Positions 16,760 to 26,096 of a stretch of 32,000 bases of DNA are shown one piece after another (the first letter of the stretch is position 1; every line of letters begins with the position of its first letter). The notes under the pieces are model-generated. The model saw nothing but the letters and a program-made list of their open reading frames with translations, made no database searches and was not told the DNA's origin. The position numbers and the translations under genes were made by a program. Origin of the DNA: Parasynechococcus marenigrum WH 8102 (GTDB lineage Bacteria; Cyanobacteriota; Cyanobacteriia; PCC-6307; Cyanobiaceae); the NCBI RefSeq assembly GCF_000195975.1, contig NC_005070.1, positions 1,260,001-1,292,000 of the forward strand. The letters run 5' to 3'.

Positions 16760-18664
16760 ATGCCGGTGATGGACGAACAGGGTCAAATTCAGATCCACAC
16801 CGAGAACATCTTCCCGATCATCAAGAAGGCCGTTTACTCCGGCCATGAGGTGTTTCTCCGCGAGCTGGTCAGCAACGGTGTCGACGCCATCAGCAAGCGG
16901 CGTATGGCGGCCATGGCGGGCGACTGCAGCGAAGGCGAAGACGGGGTTATCCGCATCACCGTTGACCGAGAAGCTAAAACGCTCACCATTGCTGACAACG
17001 GCATCGGCATGACCGCCGATGAGGTGAAGCGCTACATCAACCAGGTTGCCTTCTCCAGTGCCGAGGATTTTCTGGAGAAGTACAAACAGGAGGGAGACGC
17101 GATCATCGGCCACTTCGGCCTGGGCTTCTACTCCAGTTTCATGGTGGCGGAGCAGGTGGAATTGGTGACGCGATCGGCGCGGCCGGACAGCGAAGCGGTG
17201 CGATGGAGCTGTGATGGATCCCCCAACTTCAGCCTCAGTTCCGCCGAGCGTGATCAGCCAGGCACCGATGTGATTCTCACCTTGATGGAGGAGGAACTGG
17301 AGTACATCGAACCAGCTCGGATCCGCACCCTGATCAACACCTACTGCGATTTCATGGCAGTGCCAGTGCAGCTGGAGGGGGAAACAGTCAACAAGATGAA
17401 TGCCCCGTGGCGAAAGAGCGCCCGGGAGCTCACCGACAAGGACTACATCGATCTCTACAACTACCTGTACCCATTCCAGGGTGACCCACTGCTCTGGGTT
17501 CACCTGAACACCGATTATCCCTACAACCTGCAGGGAATTCTGTTCTTCCCCAAGCAGACCGGTCGTGCGGACTGGGAGAAAGGCGAAATCAAGCTCTACT
17601 GCAATCAGGTGTTCGTCAGTGATTCCATCAAGGAGGTGGTGCCGCGTTATCTGCTTCCCCTGCGTGGCGTTCTCGATTCACCCGACATCCCGCTGAACGT
17701 CAGCCGCAGTGCCCTGCAGACCGACCGACGTGTGCGATCCATTGGCAATTTCGTTGCCAAAAAGGTGGCTGACCGCTTGCGCAACGTCAAGAAAGACGAC
17801 CCCACCGCCTATGCAGAGGCCTGGGAGTCCTTGGCACCCTTCGTGAAGATCGGAGCCATGGAGGACGACAAGTTCGCCGACCAGGTGGCGGAGCTGATTC
17901 TGTTCGCCACCAGCGCCTCTGCAGCAGATGGCGACACCCCTGATCCAATCAGCACCGGTGATCGTGCCTTCACCACTCTGGAGGGCTACCGCAGCCGACT
18001 GGACAGCAACAACGACAAGCGCATCCTGTACAGCACCGACGACGTGGCCCAGGCCGGCGCACTCAACCTCTGGACCTCACAGGGAATGGAAGTGCTGAAG
18101 CTGGAGACGGTGATCGACACCCAGTTCATCCCATGGCTCGAACAGCGCCATGAGGATCTGACCTTTCAGCGTGTCGATGCCGAGCTTGATGACAGCCTCA
18201 AGGACATCGACGCGGAAATCACCGACCAGGACGGCACAACGGAATCAGATCGACTGAGAGATCTGATCAAGACCGCGCTGTCCAACGACAAGGTGACCGT
18301 GCAAGTGCAGGCTTTGAAGGCTGAGGGTGCACCGCCTGCGATGATCCTGCTGCCGGAGCAGATGCGGCGCCTCAATGACATGGGAGCCCTGATGGAACAG
18401 CGGCTTCCCGGTCTGCCAGACCATCACGTTCTTCTGGTGAACAAGCGACATCCCTTAGTTGAGGGGATGCTGAAGCTGAAGGCCGGCAGCGTGCTCATCG
18501 GCGATGCTCAGAGTTCACCGACGGAGGCCCTGGCCCAGGACATTGCCCGCCACGTCTACGACATGGCTCGACTGGGTGTCGGCGGCCTGGAGCCCAATGA
18601 ACTCAGTGGCTTTCAGACCCGCAGCGCTGAACTGATGGGAACGCTGATGCAGAGAGGGATGTGA
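16760..18664 (+). CDS. htpG: Hsp90-family chaperone HtpG
   Basis: 634 aa. GHKL ATPase N-terminus (IHTENIFPIIKKAVYSGHEVFLRELVSNGVDA, IADNGIGMT, IGHFGLGFYSSFMVA) and the LNVSRSALQ middle-domain motif. The start could be ATG 16760 or 16769. Confidence 0.93.
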   Translation: MPVMDEQGQIQIHTENIFPIIKKAVYSGHEVFLRELVSNGVDAISKRRMAAMAGDCSEGEDGVIRITVDREAKTLTIADNGIGMTADEVKRYINQVAFSSAEDFLEKYKQEGDAIIGHFGLGFYSSFMVAEQVELVTRSARPDSEAVRWSCDGSPNFSLSSAERDQPGTDVILTLMEEELEYIEPARIRTLINTYCDFMAVPVQLEGETVNKMNAPWRKSARELTDKDYIDLYNYLYPFQGDPLLWVHLNTDYPYNLQGILFFPKQTGRADWEKGEIKLYCNQVFVSDSIKEVVPRYLLPLRGVLDSPDIPLNVSRSALQTDRRVRSIGNFVAKKVADRLRNVKKDDPTAYAEAWESLAPFVKIGAMEDDKFADQVAELILFATSASAADGDTPDPISTGDRAFTTLEGYRSRLDSNNDKRILYSTDDVAQAGALNLWTSQGMEVLKLETVIDTQFIPWLEQRHEDLTFQRVDAELDDSLKDIDAEITDQDGTTESDRLRDLIKTALSNDKVTVQVQALKAEGAPPAMILLPEQMRRLNDMGALMEQRLPGLPDHHVLLVNKRHPLVEGMLKLKAGSVLIGDAQSSPTEALAQDIARHVYDMARLGVGGLEPNELSGFQTRSAELMGTLMQRGM

Positions 18665-18740
18665 CCTTCGCTGTTTGATAAGCTAGTAGTTTGGATCTGA
18701 TTATTCAGATCTGATCAACCTCAAGCAGAAGGACGACGAC

Positions 18741-18977
18741 ATGTCTCGGGTGTGCCAGCTCACCGGTACTCGCGCCAACAACGGCATGGCAGTGAGCCAT
18801 TCCCACATCCGAACCAAGAAGCTGCAGCAGGCGAATCTGCAGAATCGTCGTCTTTGGTGGGCTGAGGGTAAGCGCTGGGTGAACTTGCGCGTCACCACCC
18901 GCGCCCTCAAGACCATCCAGAAGAAAGGCCTGGGCCCCTATGCCAAGTCTCTGGGCATTAACCTGGCCAAACTCTGA
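18741..18977 (+). CDS. rpmB: 50S ribosomal protein L28
   Basis: 78 aa, [44 protein letters not shown], a full-length L28 pattern. Confidence 0.92.
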   Translation: MSRVCQLTGTRANNGMAVSHSHIRTKKLQQANLQNRRLWWAEGKRWVNLRVTTRALKTIQKKGLGPYAKSLGINLAKL

Positions 18978-18987
18978 TTTTGAACGT

Positions 18988-19548
18988 GTGCGCCGGCGGG
19001 ATCTGTTCATCAAGTCCGGCTTGCTGTTGACAGCACTGTCGATCACCCCAACGAAGGCCTGGTCCCTCGGTGGGGTTGTTTTGGAACAAGGCGCTGAAGT
19101 ACCAAGCTTTGATTTGCCCGGTTCCAGCCGTCGTGAACCCGACAGAGATCGCTGGTCCAGCGATGATCTGCGTGGTCGATGGCTTGCCGTGTATTTCTAT
19201 CCACGAGATTTCACAGGCGGCTGCACGATTGAGGCCAGGGGGTTCGAGTCTCTGCACAGTGATTTCCTAGCAGCAGGTGCCGAAGTGGTGGGCATCAGTG
19301 CCGACAGCGTCGACGACCATGCGTCGTTCTGCGAGAGCGAAGGTCTGAGCTTTCCCTTGCTGTCTGACCCTGATGGAGCGGTCAGCAAGGCCTACGGGTC
19401 ATGGATGGCGCCGTACTCGCTGCGTCACACTTTTCTGATCGATCCAAGCGGGATTCTTCGTCAACGATGGGTCGCGGTAAGACCCAGTGGACATGCCCAA
19501 GAGGTGCTCGACGCGATCACGGATCTGCAAAACAACACGTCTATTTGA
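18988..19548 (+). CDS. Peroxiredoxin, BCP/PrxQ type, with an N-terminal twin-arginine-like signal
   Basis: Active site YFYPRDFTGGCTIEA plus GISADSVDDHASFCE. I favour GTG 18988 (VRRRDLFIKSGLLLTALS...), just after the rpmB stop, over ATG 18940, which would overlap rpmB by 38 nt. Confidence 0.85.
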   Translation: MRRRDLFIKSGLLLTALSITPTKAWSLGGVVLEQGAEVPSFDLPGSSRREPDRDRWSSDDLRGRWLAVYFYPRDFTGGCTIEARGFESLHSDFLAAGAEVVGISADSVDDHASFCESEGLSFPLLSDPDGAVSKAYGSWMAPYSLRHTFLIDPSGILRQRWVAVRPSGHAQEVLDAITDLQNNTSI

Positions 19549-19598
19549 CAGAAACAGTCCATTCATGAAATGGTAACTGAAATTAAGGGTATCGTTAT

Positions 19599-21086
19599 AT
19601 GGGACAGAGTTCGTTCGTCATCCTTTATCACCGAACGCCTTTTGATGAGGCAAAAGATGCCCAAGGCAACCAAGTCTGGGTTGATCAGAAAAGTCCAAAC
19701 GGCATTATCCCAACCCTAAGAAATCTCTTCAGGTCACGGAATGACGGCACCTGGATTGCATGGCGTCATGTTGATCATCCTGAAGAGATGGATGTTGAGC
19801 GACTTGAGATGACCAACCCCTCTCCCTTCGCGTTGTGCAGGATTCCGCTAGCCGACGAACAGATATCCAGTTTCTATCACATCACCTCAAAGGAATGCTT
19901 CTGGCCAATACTTCACACCTTTCCGACTCATTTCAATGTCAACAATGCCAATTGGGGCATTTTTGAGGAAGTCAACAAGCGCTTCGCTGACGCAGCCTGT
20001 AATGAAGCCGCTGAAGGTGCCACAGTCTGGGTCCATGATTACAACCTTTGGCTGGCGCCGGGTTACATCCGGCAACAGCGGCCGGATTTAAAAATTGCCT
20101 TCTTTCATCACACTCCCTTTCCTGGTAACGACGTCTTCGCCATCCTTCCCTGGCGCGAACAGATTTTGGAAAGTCTGCTCTGTTGTGATGTCGTTGGCTT
20201 TCATATCCCCCGCTACACCGAGAATTTCGCCCGTGCTGCGAGCACCTTGGTGGGCGCCAAACGAGGGCCGAAGATCTCTGTTGACCAGAAGTTCATCTCA
20301 GTCGGCACGGCTCTTTCAGAAGGAACGGTGACCAGCCATCTGGATCACAACGGTCGACGCATTCAATTGCTGAGTTCCCCGGTTGGGACCTCACCCGATG
20401 TGATCCAGGAGTTGTCCTGGAGTGCATCCGTTGAAAGTTATGGAGAGATGATCGTCCAGGACACCAAGAAAGGACGCAAACTGATCCTTTCTGCAAGCCG
20501 GGTTGATTACACCAAAGGCAATGAAGAGTTGCTGCTTGCCTTTGAACGCCTCCTCGAACGCCGAGAGGATCTTCATGGGGAAGTAGTGCTGATGCTGGCC
20601 TGCGTGGCGGCCGCCAGCGGGATGAAGATTTACGAGGAGACGCAGCGCTCCATTGAGGAAATGGCCGGACGCATCAATGGTCGTTTCAGTCAGGTTGATT
20701 GGATCCCAGTGCGCTTCTCCACGCGGCGTATTCCTTACGAAGAGATGGTGGCCTGGTTCTGCCATGCAGATGTCTGCTGGATCACACCGCTTCGGGATGG
20801 CTTGAATCTTGTCGCCAAGGAATACGCAGCTGCACGTCGCCATCGTGGCGGTGTCCTCGTGCTTTCGGAATTCACCGGTGCGTCGGTGGTCCTGGAAGGG
20901 GCTGTCCTGACAAATCCTTATTCCAACCGTCGGATGGATGAGGCCATCGAGGCCGCCCTGGCCATGCCGGAACACGAACAACGCCAACGCATGGAGACCA
21001 TGTCAGCCGCTGTTGAGGCTTACACCGTGCAGGACTGGGCCGAAGAACAACTGGCGGGTTTTCCGGAAGTCGCCACCATCGGTTAA
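19599..21086 (+). CDS. ggpS: Glucosylglycerol-phosphate synthase (GT20 family)
   Basis: 495 aa, collinear with my recollection of Synechocystis GgpS: VILYHRTPFDE, KSPNGIIPTL, FYHITSKECFWPILH, WVHDYNLWLAP, KIAFFHHTPFP, GFHIPRYTENF, RVDYTKG, WITPLRDGLNLVAKEY, LTNPYSNRRMDEAI. Confidence 0.9.
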   Translation: MGQSSFVILYHRTPFDEAKDAQGNQVWVDQKSPNGIIPTLRNLFRSRNDGTWIAWRHVDHPEEMDVERLEMTNPSPFALCRIPLADEQISSFYHITSKECFWPILHTFPTHFNVNNANWGIFEEVNKRFADAACNEAAEGATVWVHDYNLWLAPGYIRQQRPDLKIAFFHHTPFPGNDVFAILPWREQILESLLCCDVVGFHIPRYTENFARAASTLVGAKRGPKISVDQKFISVGTALSEGTVTSHLDHNGRRIQLLSSPVGTSPDVIQELSWSASVESYGEMIVQDTKKGRKLILSASRVDYTKGNEELLLAFERLLERREDLHGEVVLMLACVAAASGMKIYEETQRSIEEMAGRINGRFSQVDWIPVRFSTRRIPYEEMVAWFCHADVCWITPLRDGLNLVAKEYAAARRHRGGVLVLSEFTGASVVLEGAVLTNPYSNRRMDEAIEAALAMPEHEQRQRMETMSAAVEAYTVQDWAEEQLAGFPEVATIG

Positions 21087-22348
21087 TGGTCTTTCGGCGT
21101 CGCTTGATCGCCCTTGGGCTCGGATTTGTCCTGCTCATGGGTGTCGTCTGGGGCCGTCAGCAGCAGATGCAGTCGGTCACGATCCTGATGCCAGCCCCCT
21201 ACGCCGATGCCACAGCTGCATTGGTGGATCGGTTCAACGATGACCACCGCGGGCGGATTCATCTCAGCATCAGCCGAGGCCCCCTGGAAACGGAATCCAT
21301 TTCCGATCTGGCCATCAGCAGCCTCCTGCTGGGTTCCCCCCCCTTTGATGCACTGCTGGTAGATGTGACCTGGCTGCCGAAGTATGTGGCCGCCGGTTGG
21401 CTTGAACCCTTGGATCCATGGTTTGACCAGGCTGATGAAGACGACCTCGTGGCGGGAGCCAGACTCGGTAACCGGGTGGACGGAGCGTTGTACCGCTGGC
21501 CATTGGGTGCCGATGTCGGACTTCTGTATTGGCGTACAGACCTGATGCCAAGCCCACCCAGGACGCCGGATGAACTCACCGCCGTGGTGAGCAAGCTGCA
21601 GGAGGAGGGTCGCGCATCCCAGGGGTTTGTCTGGCAAGGCCGGCAGTACGAAGGCCTCAGCTGCGACTTTGTGGAACTGCTGCAGGCCTTTGGTGGGTCA
21701 TGGATCAACCCCACCACCGGCGAACCGAATCTCGGCAGCCCTGCGGCGAGGCAAACCGCGACCTGGATGAACGAACTGATCAGCAATGGCTTCAGTCCCC
21801 GTGCAGTCACTAACTACGCCGAGTCGGAATCGCTGCAGGCCTTCAAGGCCGGTGACGCAGCACTGATGCGGAACTGGCCTTACGCCTGGTCGGAGTTGCA
21901 GGGAAACGACAGTGCTGTTAAGGGCCGGGTCGGCGTCACCACGATGGTGGCCTTACCGGGGGAGACTCCCGCCGCCACCCTCGGGAGCTGGGGATTGAGC
22001 ATGTTGAGGGAGACGCCCCATCCATCAGCGACAGCTGAAGCGATCCGCTATCTCACCAGTCAGGACGCCCAACGGGAACGCTTTCTGAACCAGGGATACA
22101 CCCCCACCGCACGAGCGCTCTTCCGTGATCCCGAATTGGTGGAGCAATCACCGGTTTTACCGCAACTAGAGAAGGCCCTGGGTCATGCGGTCCCACGCCC
22201 GATGTCCCCGCTCTATGCCCAGATGAGCGATGTGCTGCAGCGTCAGCTGAGTGGAATCCTCACAGGAGATCTTGATCCGGATGAAGGGATGGCTCAGGCT
22301 CAAGCCTCAACCATCACCCTGTTCCGATCCGCTGGGGGCAAGGCATGA
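21086..22348 (+). CDS. Sugar ABC transporter substrate-binding protein (GgtB-like by context)
   Basis: 420 aa, N-terminal signal/anchor (RRRLIALGLGFVLLMGVVWG), family-1 extracellular solute-binding features. The ATG overlaps the ggpS TAA (TAATG). Confidence 0.8.
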   Translation: MVFRRRLIALGLGFVLLMGVVWGRQQQMQSVTILMPAPYADATAALVDRFNDDHRGRIHLSISRGPLETESISDLAISSLLLGSPPFDALLVDVTWLPKYVAAGWLEPLDPWFDQADEDDLVAGARLGNRVDGALYRWPLGADVGLLYWRTDLMPSPPRTPDELTAVVSKLQEEGRASQGFVWQGRQYEGLSCDFVELLQAFGGSWINPTTGEPNLGSPAARQTATWMNELISNGFSPRAVTNYAESESLQAFKAGDAALMRNWPYAWSELQGNDSAVKGRVGVTTMVALPGETPAATLGSWGLSMLRETPHPSATAEAIRYLTSQDAQRERFLNQGYTPTARALFRDPELVEQSPVLPQLEKALGHAVPRPMSPLYAQMSDVLQRQLSGILTGDLDPDEGMAQAQASTITLFRSAGGKA

Positions 22349-23211
22349 CCGTGCTGTTGCTGCTGCCGGCTTTGCTGCTGATGGGTCTGGTCTTCGTTTG
22401 GCCCATGCTCCGCTACGGCTGGCTGAGTTTCCACGCCGATTCGGTGTTGACCGGTCTGAATCCTGTGCCCAATGGCGGGGCCAATTGGATTCGGTTGCTG
22501 GACGACCAGCGCTTCTGGCAGGACGCGCTGCAGACAACACGCTTCGCCGGGGTCTCAGTAGGGCTTGAACTGGTCCTCGCCCTGGCAATCGCATTGTTGC
22601 TGGATCAACGCTGGCGCGGGCGGGGCGTGGTGCGGGCCCTGGCCCTGCTGCCCTGGGCACTCCCCACCACAATGATGGCCCTCGGGTGGCGTTGGATCTT
22701 CAATACGCCCTATGGCCCCTTGGAACGCCTCGCTGAGGTTGTGGGTCTGGGACCACTCAATCTCTTGTCCACACCGGCATCGACCTGGTTGGTGACTGTT
22801 GTGGCCGATGTCTGGAAGACAACGCCTTTCATTGCACTGCTGTTGCTGGCTGGATTGCAGACCATTCCCGAGGATCTCTACAGCGCCTTCCGTCTCGAGG
22901 GCGGACGGCCGAATCAGGCCTTGATGAGCATCACTCTGCCGTTGTTGATGCCCTACGTCTTGATTGCCCTGTTGTTCCGCGGTGCTCAGGCCTTTGGCGT
23001 TTTTGATCTGCTTCAGGTGCTCACTGGCGGTGGGCCAGCCGGAAGCACCGAGAGCGTCGCGCTGTATGCGTACCTCAATGCCATGCGCTTCCTCGATTTC
23101 GGCTACAGCGCCACAGTGATGCTGGCAGGGTTCCTGCTGCTCACGCTGGCGGTGCTGGTCCTGGCGATGCTTCTGCGCCTTGGTGGGTTGATCAGGCCGG
23201 TGCAGTCATGA
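22345..23211 (+). CDS. Sugar ABC transporter permease (GgtC-like)
   Basis: 288 aa, multi-TM, MalF/BPD-type permease. ATGA overlap with the upstream gene. Confidence 0.82.
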   Translation: MTVLLLLPALLLMGLVFVWPMLRYGWLSFHADSVLTGLNPVPNGGANWIRLLDDQRFWQDALQTTRFAGVSVGLELVLALAIALLLDQRWRGRGVVRALALLPWALPTTMMALGWRWIFNTPYGPLERLAEVVGLGPLNLLSTPASTWLVTVVADVWKTTPFIALLLLAGLQTIPEDLYSAFRLEGGRPNQALMSITLPLLMPYVLIALLFRGAQAFGVFDLLQVLTGGGPAGSTESVALYAYLNAMRFLDFGYSATVMLAGFLLLTLAVLVLAMLLRLGGLIRPVQS

Positions 23212-24026
23212 ATCGCCGTTTCGTGCCCTGGATCAGCCTGCTGCTGCTGTGGTCGTTGCTGCCGATGCTCTGGCAGCTGACCAGCTCCTTGTCCACTGCG
23301 GAGGCTCTGGTGGATGGATCGATTCCGTTTTTGCAGCGTTGGACCCTGGTCCACTACCAGGAGCTGTGGGCAAGCGACCCTCCCTTCTGGCGCTACCTGC
23401 TCAACAGTGCCGTCGTCAGCGGACTCACCACGCTGATCACCCTTGTTCTGGCCATTCCAGCTGCCTATGGCCTGGCCAGAGTGCCCCAGCAACTGCGTGA
23501 GCTGCTGCGTTGGATCACCGCTGCAGCTGCTCTGTTCCCCTACGTGCTGCTGTTTCTGGCATTGCTGGAGCTGGCCCGTCGCTTTTCCCTGGGCAACAAC
23601 CTCATCGCCTTGGCCATGCCTTATGCAGGGTTGGCAATGCCCCTGGCCCTGCTGTTGCTCACCTCTGCCTTTGAAGGCTTACCCAGGGAATTGGAAGATG
23701 CCGCCCGTTTGGAGGGTCTGAGCCTGTGGCAGCGCCTCCGTTGGGTGCTGGTGCCCCTGCTGGCTCCAGCCACCGCCAGCACAGCCATCCTGGTGTTTCT
23801 GTTCGCCTGGAATGAATACCCCATCGCCTTGACCTGGCTCAGCCGAGATGATCTGCTGACCCTTCCGGTAGCGATGGCTCGGATTGCCGGATCGTCGATT
23901 TATTCCATTCCCTACGGCGCCTACGCCGCCGCCACCGTGCTGGGGTCAATTCCACTGTTGCTTCTGGTGCTGATCTGTCAGCGTCAGATCGTGTCTGGGC
24001 TGACCAACGGAGCAATCAAAGGCTGA
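23208..24026 (+). CDS. Sugar ABC transporter permease (GgtD-like)
   Basis: 272 aa, multi-TM, with EAA-type loop LEDAARLEGLSLWQRLRWVLVPLL. ATGA overlap with the upstream gene. Confidence 0.82.
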   Translation: MNRRFVPWISLLLLWSLLPMLWQLTSSLSTAEALVDGSIPFLQRWTLVHYQELWASDPPFWRYLLNSAVVSGLTTLITLVLAIPAAYGLARVPQQLRELLRWITAAAALFPYVLLFLALLELARRFSLGNNLIALAMPYAGLAMPLALLLLTSAFEGLPRELEDAARLEGLSLWQRLRWVLVPLLAPATASTAILVFLFAWNEYPIALTWLSRDDLLTLPVAMARIAGSSIYSIPYGAYAAATVLGSIPLLLLVLICQRQIVSGLTNGAIKG

Positions 24027-24997
24027 TGTTGCATCTCAACGGGCTCGGCAAACGCTTCGGAGACCAGTGGATCCTGCGGGATCTCAACCTGCAGGTGCGA
24101 GAAGGTGAATGTGTCGCGCTGCTGGGTCCCAGCGGTTGTGGCAAAAGCACGGCCCTTCGCCTGATCGCCGGATTAGAGCGGCAGGACGAGGGATCGATTG
24201 AACTCGATGGTGCCCGCCTTGACACCATCCCAGCGGAACGCCGTCGCATCGCCATGGTGTTCCAAAGCTATGCGTTGTTTCCTCACCTCAGCGTTCGGGA
24301 AAACCTCAACCTGGGGCTGAAGATCCGTGGTGTTGCCCCCGCTCAACGCCAGCAACGGATCAACTCGGTTCTGGACACGGTGCGACTGAGGGAGATGGCC
24401 GTTCGACGGCCCCAGCAGCTCTCCGGCGGCCAGCGTCAACGGGTTGCACTGGCCAGAGCACTGCTGCGTGATCCACGTGTTTACCTGCTGGATGAACCGA
24501 TGAGCAACCTGGATGCACAGTTGCGCGATGAGTTGCGTCCGGAACTGCGCCAGCTGATCCTGCAGGGATCGCAACCGGTGGTGTACGTCACCCACGACCA
24601 GCAGGAGGCGATGGCTCTGGCCAACCGCATCGCGGTCCTCAAGGGGGGATGCATCGAACAGATCGGAACCCCTGAAGAGCTCTACAAAACTCCGGCCAGC
24701 TGCTTTGTCGCCAGCTTCATCGGCCGTCCCCAGATCAACCTGCTGAACATTGATCAGCAGCTCACGATCGGCATTCGACCGGAGGACCTTCACTTCGACC
24801 CCGAGGGGATGCCCTGCCGTTTGATCAGCCGTGAATGGCAGGGCGCGAGCCAATTGTTGTTGCTGGACAGCCCGCGTGGTGCGTTGCGAATGCTTTGTTC
24901 TGGTGATGCCGCCCTGGGCGAGTCCTTATCGGTGAGCTGGCCGACCCGTGCTGAACATCGCTTTGATGCCAGCTGTGGACGTCGGCTGGCTGGATAA
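24026..24997 (+). CDS. Sugar ABC transporter ATP-binding protein (MalK/GgtA-like)
   Basis: Walker [11 protein letters not shown]-loop MVFQSYALFPH, signature LSGGQRQRVALARA, Walker B YLLDEPMSNLD. The ATG overlaps the upstream TGA (TGATG). Confidence 0.88.
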   Translation: MLHLNGLGKRFGDQWILRDLNLQVREGECVALLGPSGCGKSTALRLIAGLERQDEGSIELDGARLDTIPAERRRIAMVFQSYALFPHLSVRENLNLGLKIRGVAPAQRQQRINSVLDTVRLREMAVRRPQQLSGGQRQRVALARALLRDPRVYLLDEPMSNLDAQLRDELRPELRQLILQGSQPVVYVTHDQQEAMALANRIAVLKGGCIEQIGTPEELYKTPASCFVASFIGRPQINLLNIDQQLTIGIRPEDLHFDPEGMPCRLISREWQGASQLLLLDSPRGALRMLCSGDAALGESLSVSWPTRAEHRFDASCGRRLAG

Positions 24998-25011
24998 CCG
25001 GGGCTTAACCC
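24993..25011 (+). promoter_or_regulatory. Pho-box-like direct repeat upstream of the pstS-like gene
   Basis: GATAACCG (24993-25000) and CTTAACCC (25004-25011) start 11 bp apart. The second matches PyTTAAPyPy closely. The repeat overlaps the stop of the ABC ATPase gene and sits about 48-66 nt upstream of ATG 25059. Confidence 0.3.
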
Positions 25012-25058
25012 CACGCGATACAGCAAACCGCATCATTGGGGCACATTTCTCAACTCCG

Positions 25059-26096
25059 ATGGGGTCCCGTTTCGCGGTCCGTTCGTTCCTTGTGATTGCA
25101 GGGTGCAGCGCTTTGATTGGGTTGGCTGGCAGCTCCGCAGAGAGTGCTGACACCATCCGCATCAGTGGATCCAGCACTGTATTCCCGATCACAAAGGCCG
25201 CGATTCAGGGATTTCGAACAACAGGTCAGGGAAAATCTGTTGACTTTGACGTCAAGGAAACAGGATCAACGGCAGGGTTTCGAGAATTCTGCAGTGCCAA
25301 CATTCCACTCGCCAACGCATCGCGACCGATCTCCGGCAAAGAACTGAAACGCTGCGCGGAGAACGGTATCAATTTCATTGAACTTCCCATCGCGTTTGAT
25401 GCCATCACCGTAGTGGTCAATCCAGGCAATCACTGGGCACGATCAATGACCGTCAACGAACTCTCCAGGCTTTGGAACAAGAGTGCCCAAGGAACCATCA
25501 ACCGCTGGAATCAGGTGAATCTTGATTACCCAGATCAAGCCATCAAACTGTGTGGCCCTGGCAATGATTCGGGCACCTATGATGTTTTCAATAAAACCAT
25601 TAATGGCTCCAAAACCAACTCAAGGACGGATTACTTAGCCAGCGAAGATGATAATGAATTGGTGAAGTGTGTTGCCGACAACCGGCAGGCTCTGGCCTAT
25701 TTTGGTTACGCCTACTATAAAAACAACATTAAAAAACTTAAGGCGGTCAAAATTGTCAACTCAAAAGACAACGCTGTCATGCCATCTGTCAAGAGTGTGC
25801 AAAATGAAAAATATCGTCCTCTTTCGCGCCCACTCTTTCTTTACATCAATGATCAGTCGCTGAGAAACAACAAGCCCTTCAGGCAATTCATCAGCTATTA
25901 CCTGCGCAACATCAGCTCGCTGGTCACCACGAGCAACTACATCCCCTTGCCTGACGCCACATATCGACTCGTCGATTCAAAAAAATACCGCCACATCCTG
26001 GGCAGCAGTTTTGGTGGCAATCTGCCAGTGGGTCTCACCATCGGTCAGGCCATTGACCGCAGCTTTGATCAACACAAAACTGAATATCACCGCTGA
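25059..26096 (+). CDS. pstS: Phosphate-binding protein, PstS/SphX family, predicted lipoprotein
   Basis: ATG 25059. Signal peptide with lipobox (FLVIAGC, Cys16). PstS-family blocks TIRISGSSTVFPIT, ETGSTAGF, ANASRPISGKE, IAFDAITVVVNP and MTVNELSRLW. Confidence 0.78.
   Translation: MGSRFAVRSFLVIAGCSALIGLAGSSAESADTIRISGSSTVFPITKAAIQGFRTTGQGKSVDFDVKETGSTAGFREFCSANIPLANASRPISGKELKRCAENGINFIELPIAFDAITVVVNPGNHWARSMTVNELSRLWNKSAQGTINRWNQVNLDYPDQAIKLCGPGNDSGTYDVFNKTINGSKTNSRTDYLASEDDNELVKCVADNRQALAYFGYAYYKNNIKKLKAVKIVNSKDNAVMPSVKSVQNEKYRPLSRPLFLYINDQSLRNNKPFRQFISYYLRNISSLVTTSNYIPLPDATYRLVDSKKYRHILGSSFGGNLPVGLTIGQAIDRSFDQHKTEYHR

Noticed and set aside
18940-18987. Upstream ATG start for the peroxiredoxin, overlapping rpmB by 38 nt
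   Set aside because: The extra 16 residues add nothing signal-peptide-like. The GTG at 18988 begins directly with the RRRDLF twin-arginine-type signal, just after the rpmB stop. This is not excluded, only less likely.
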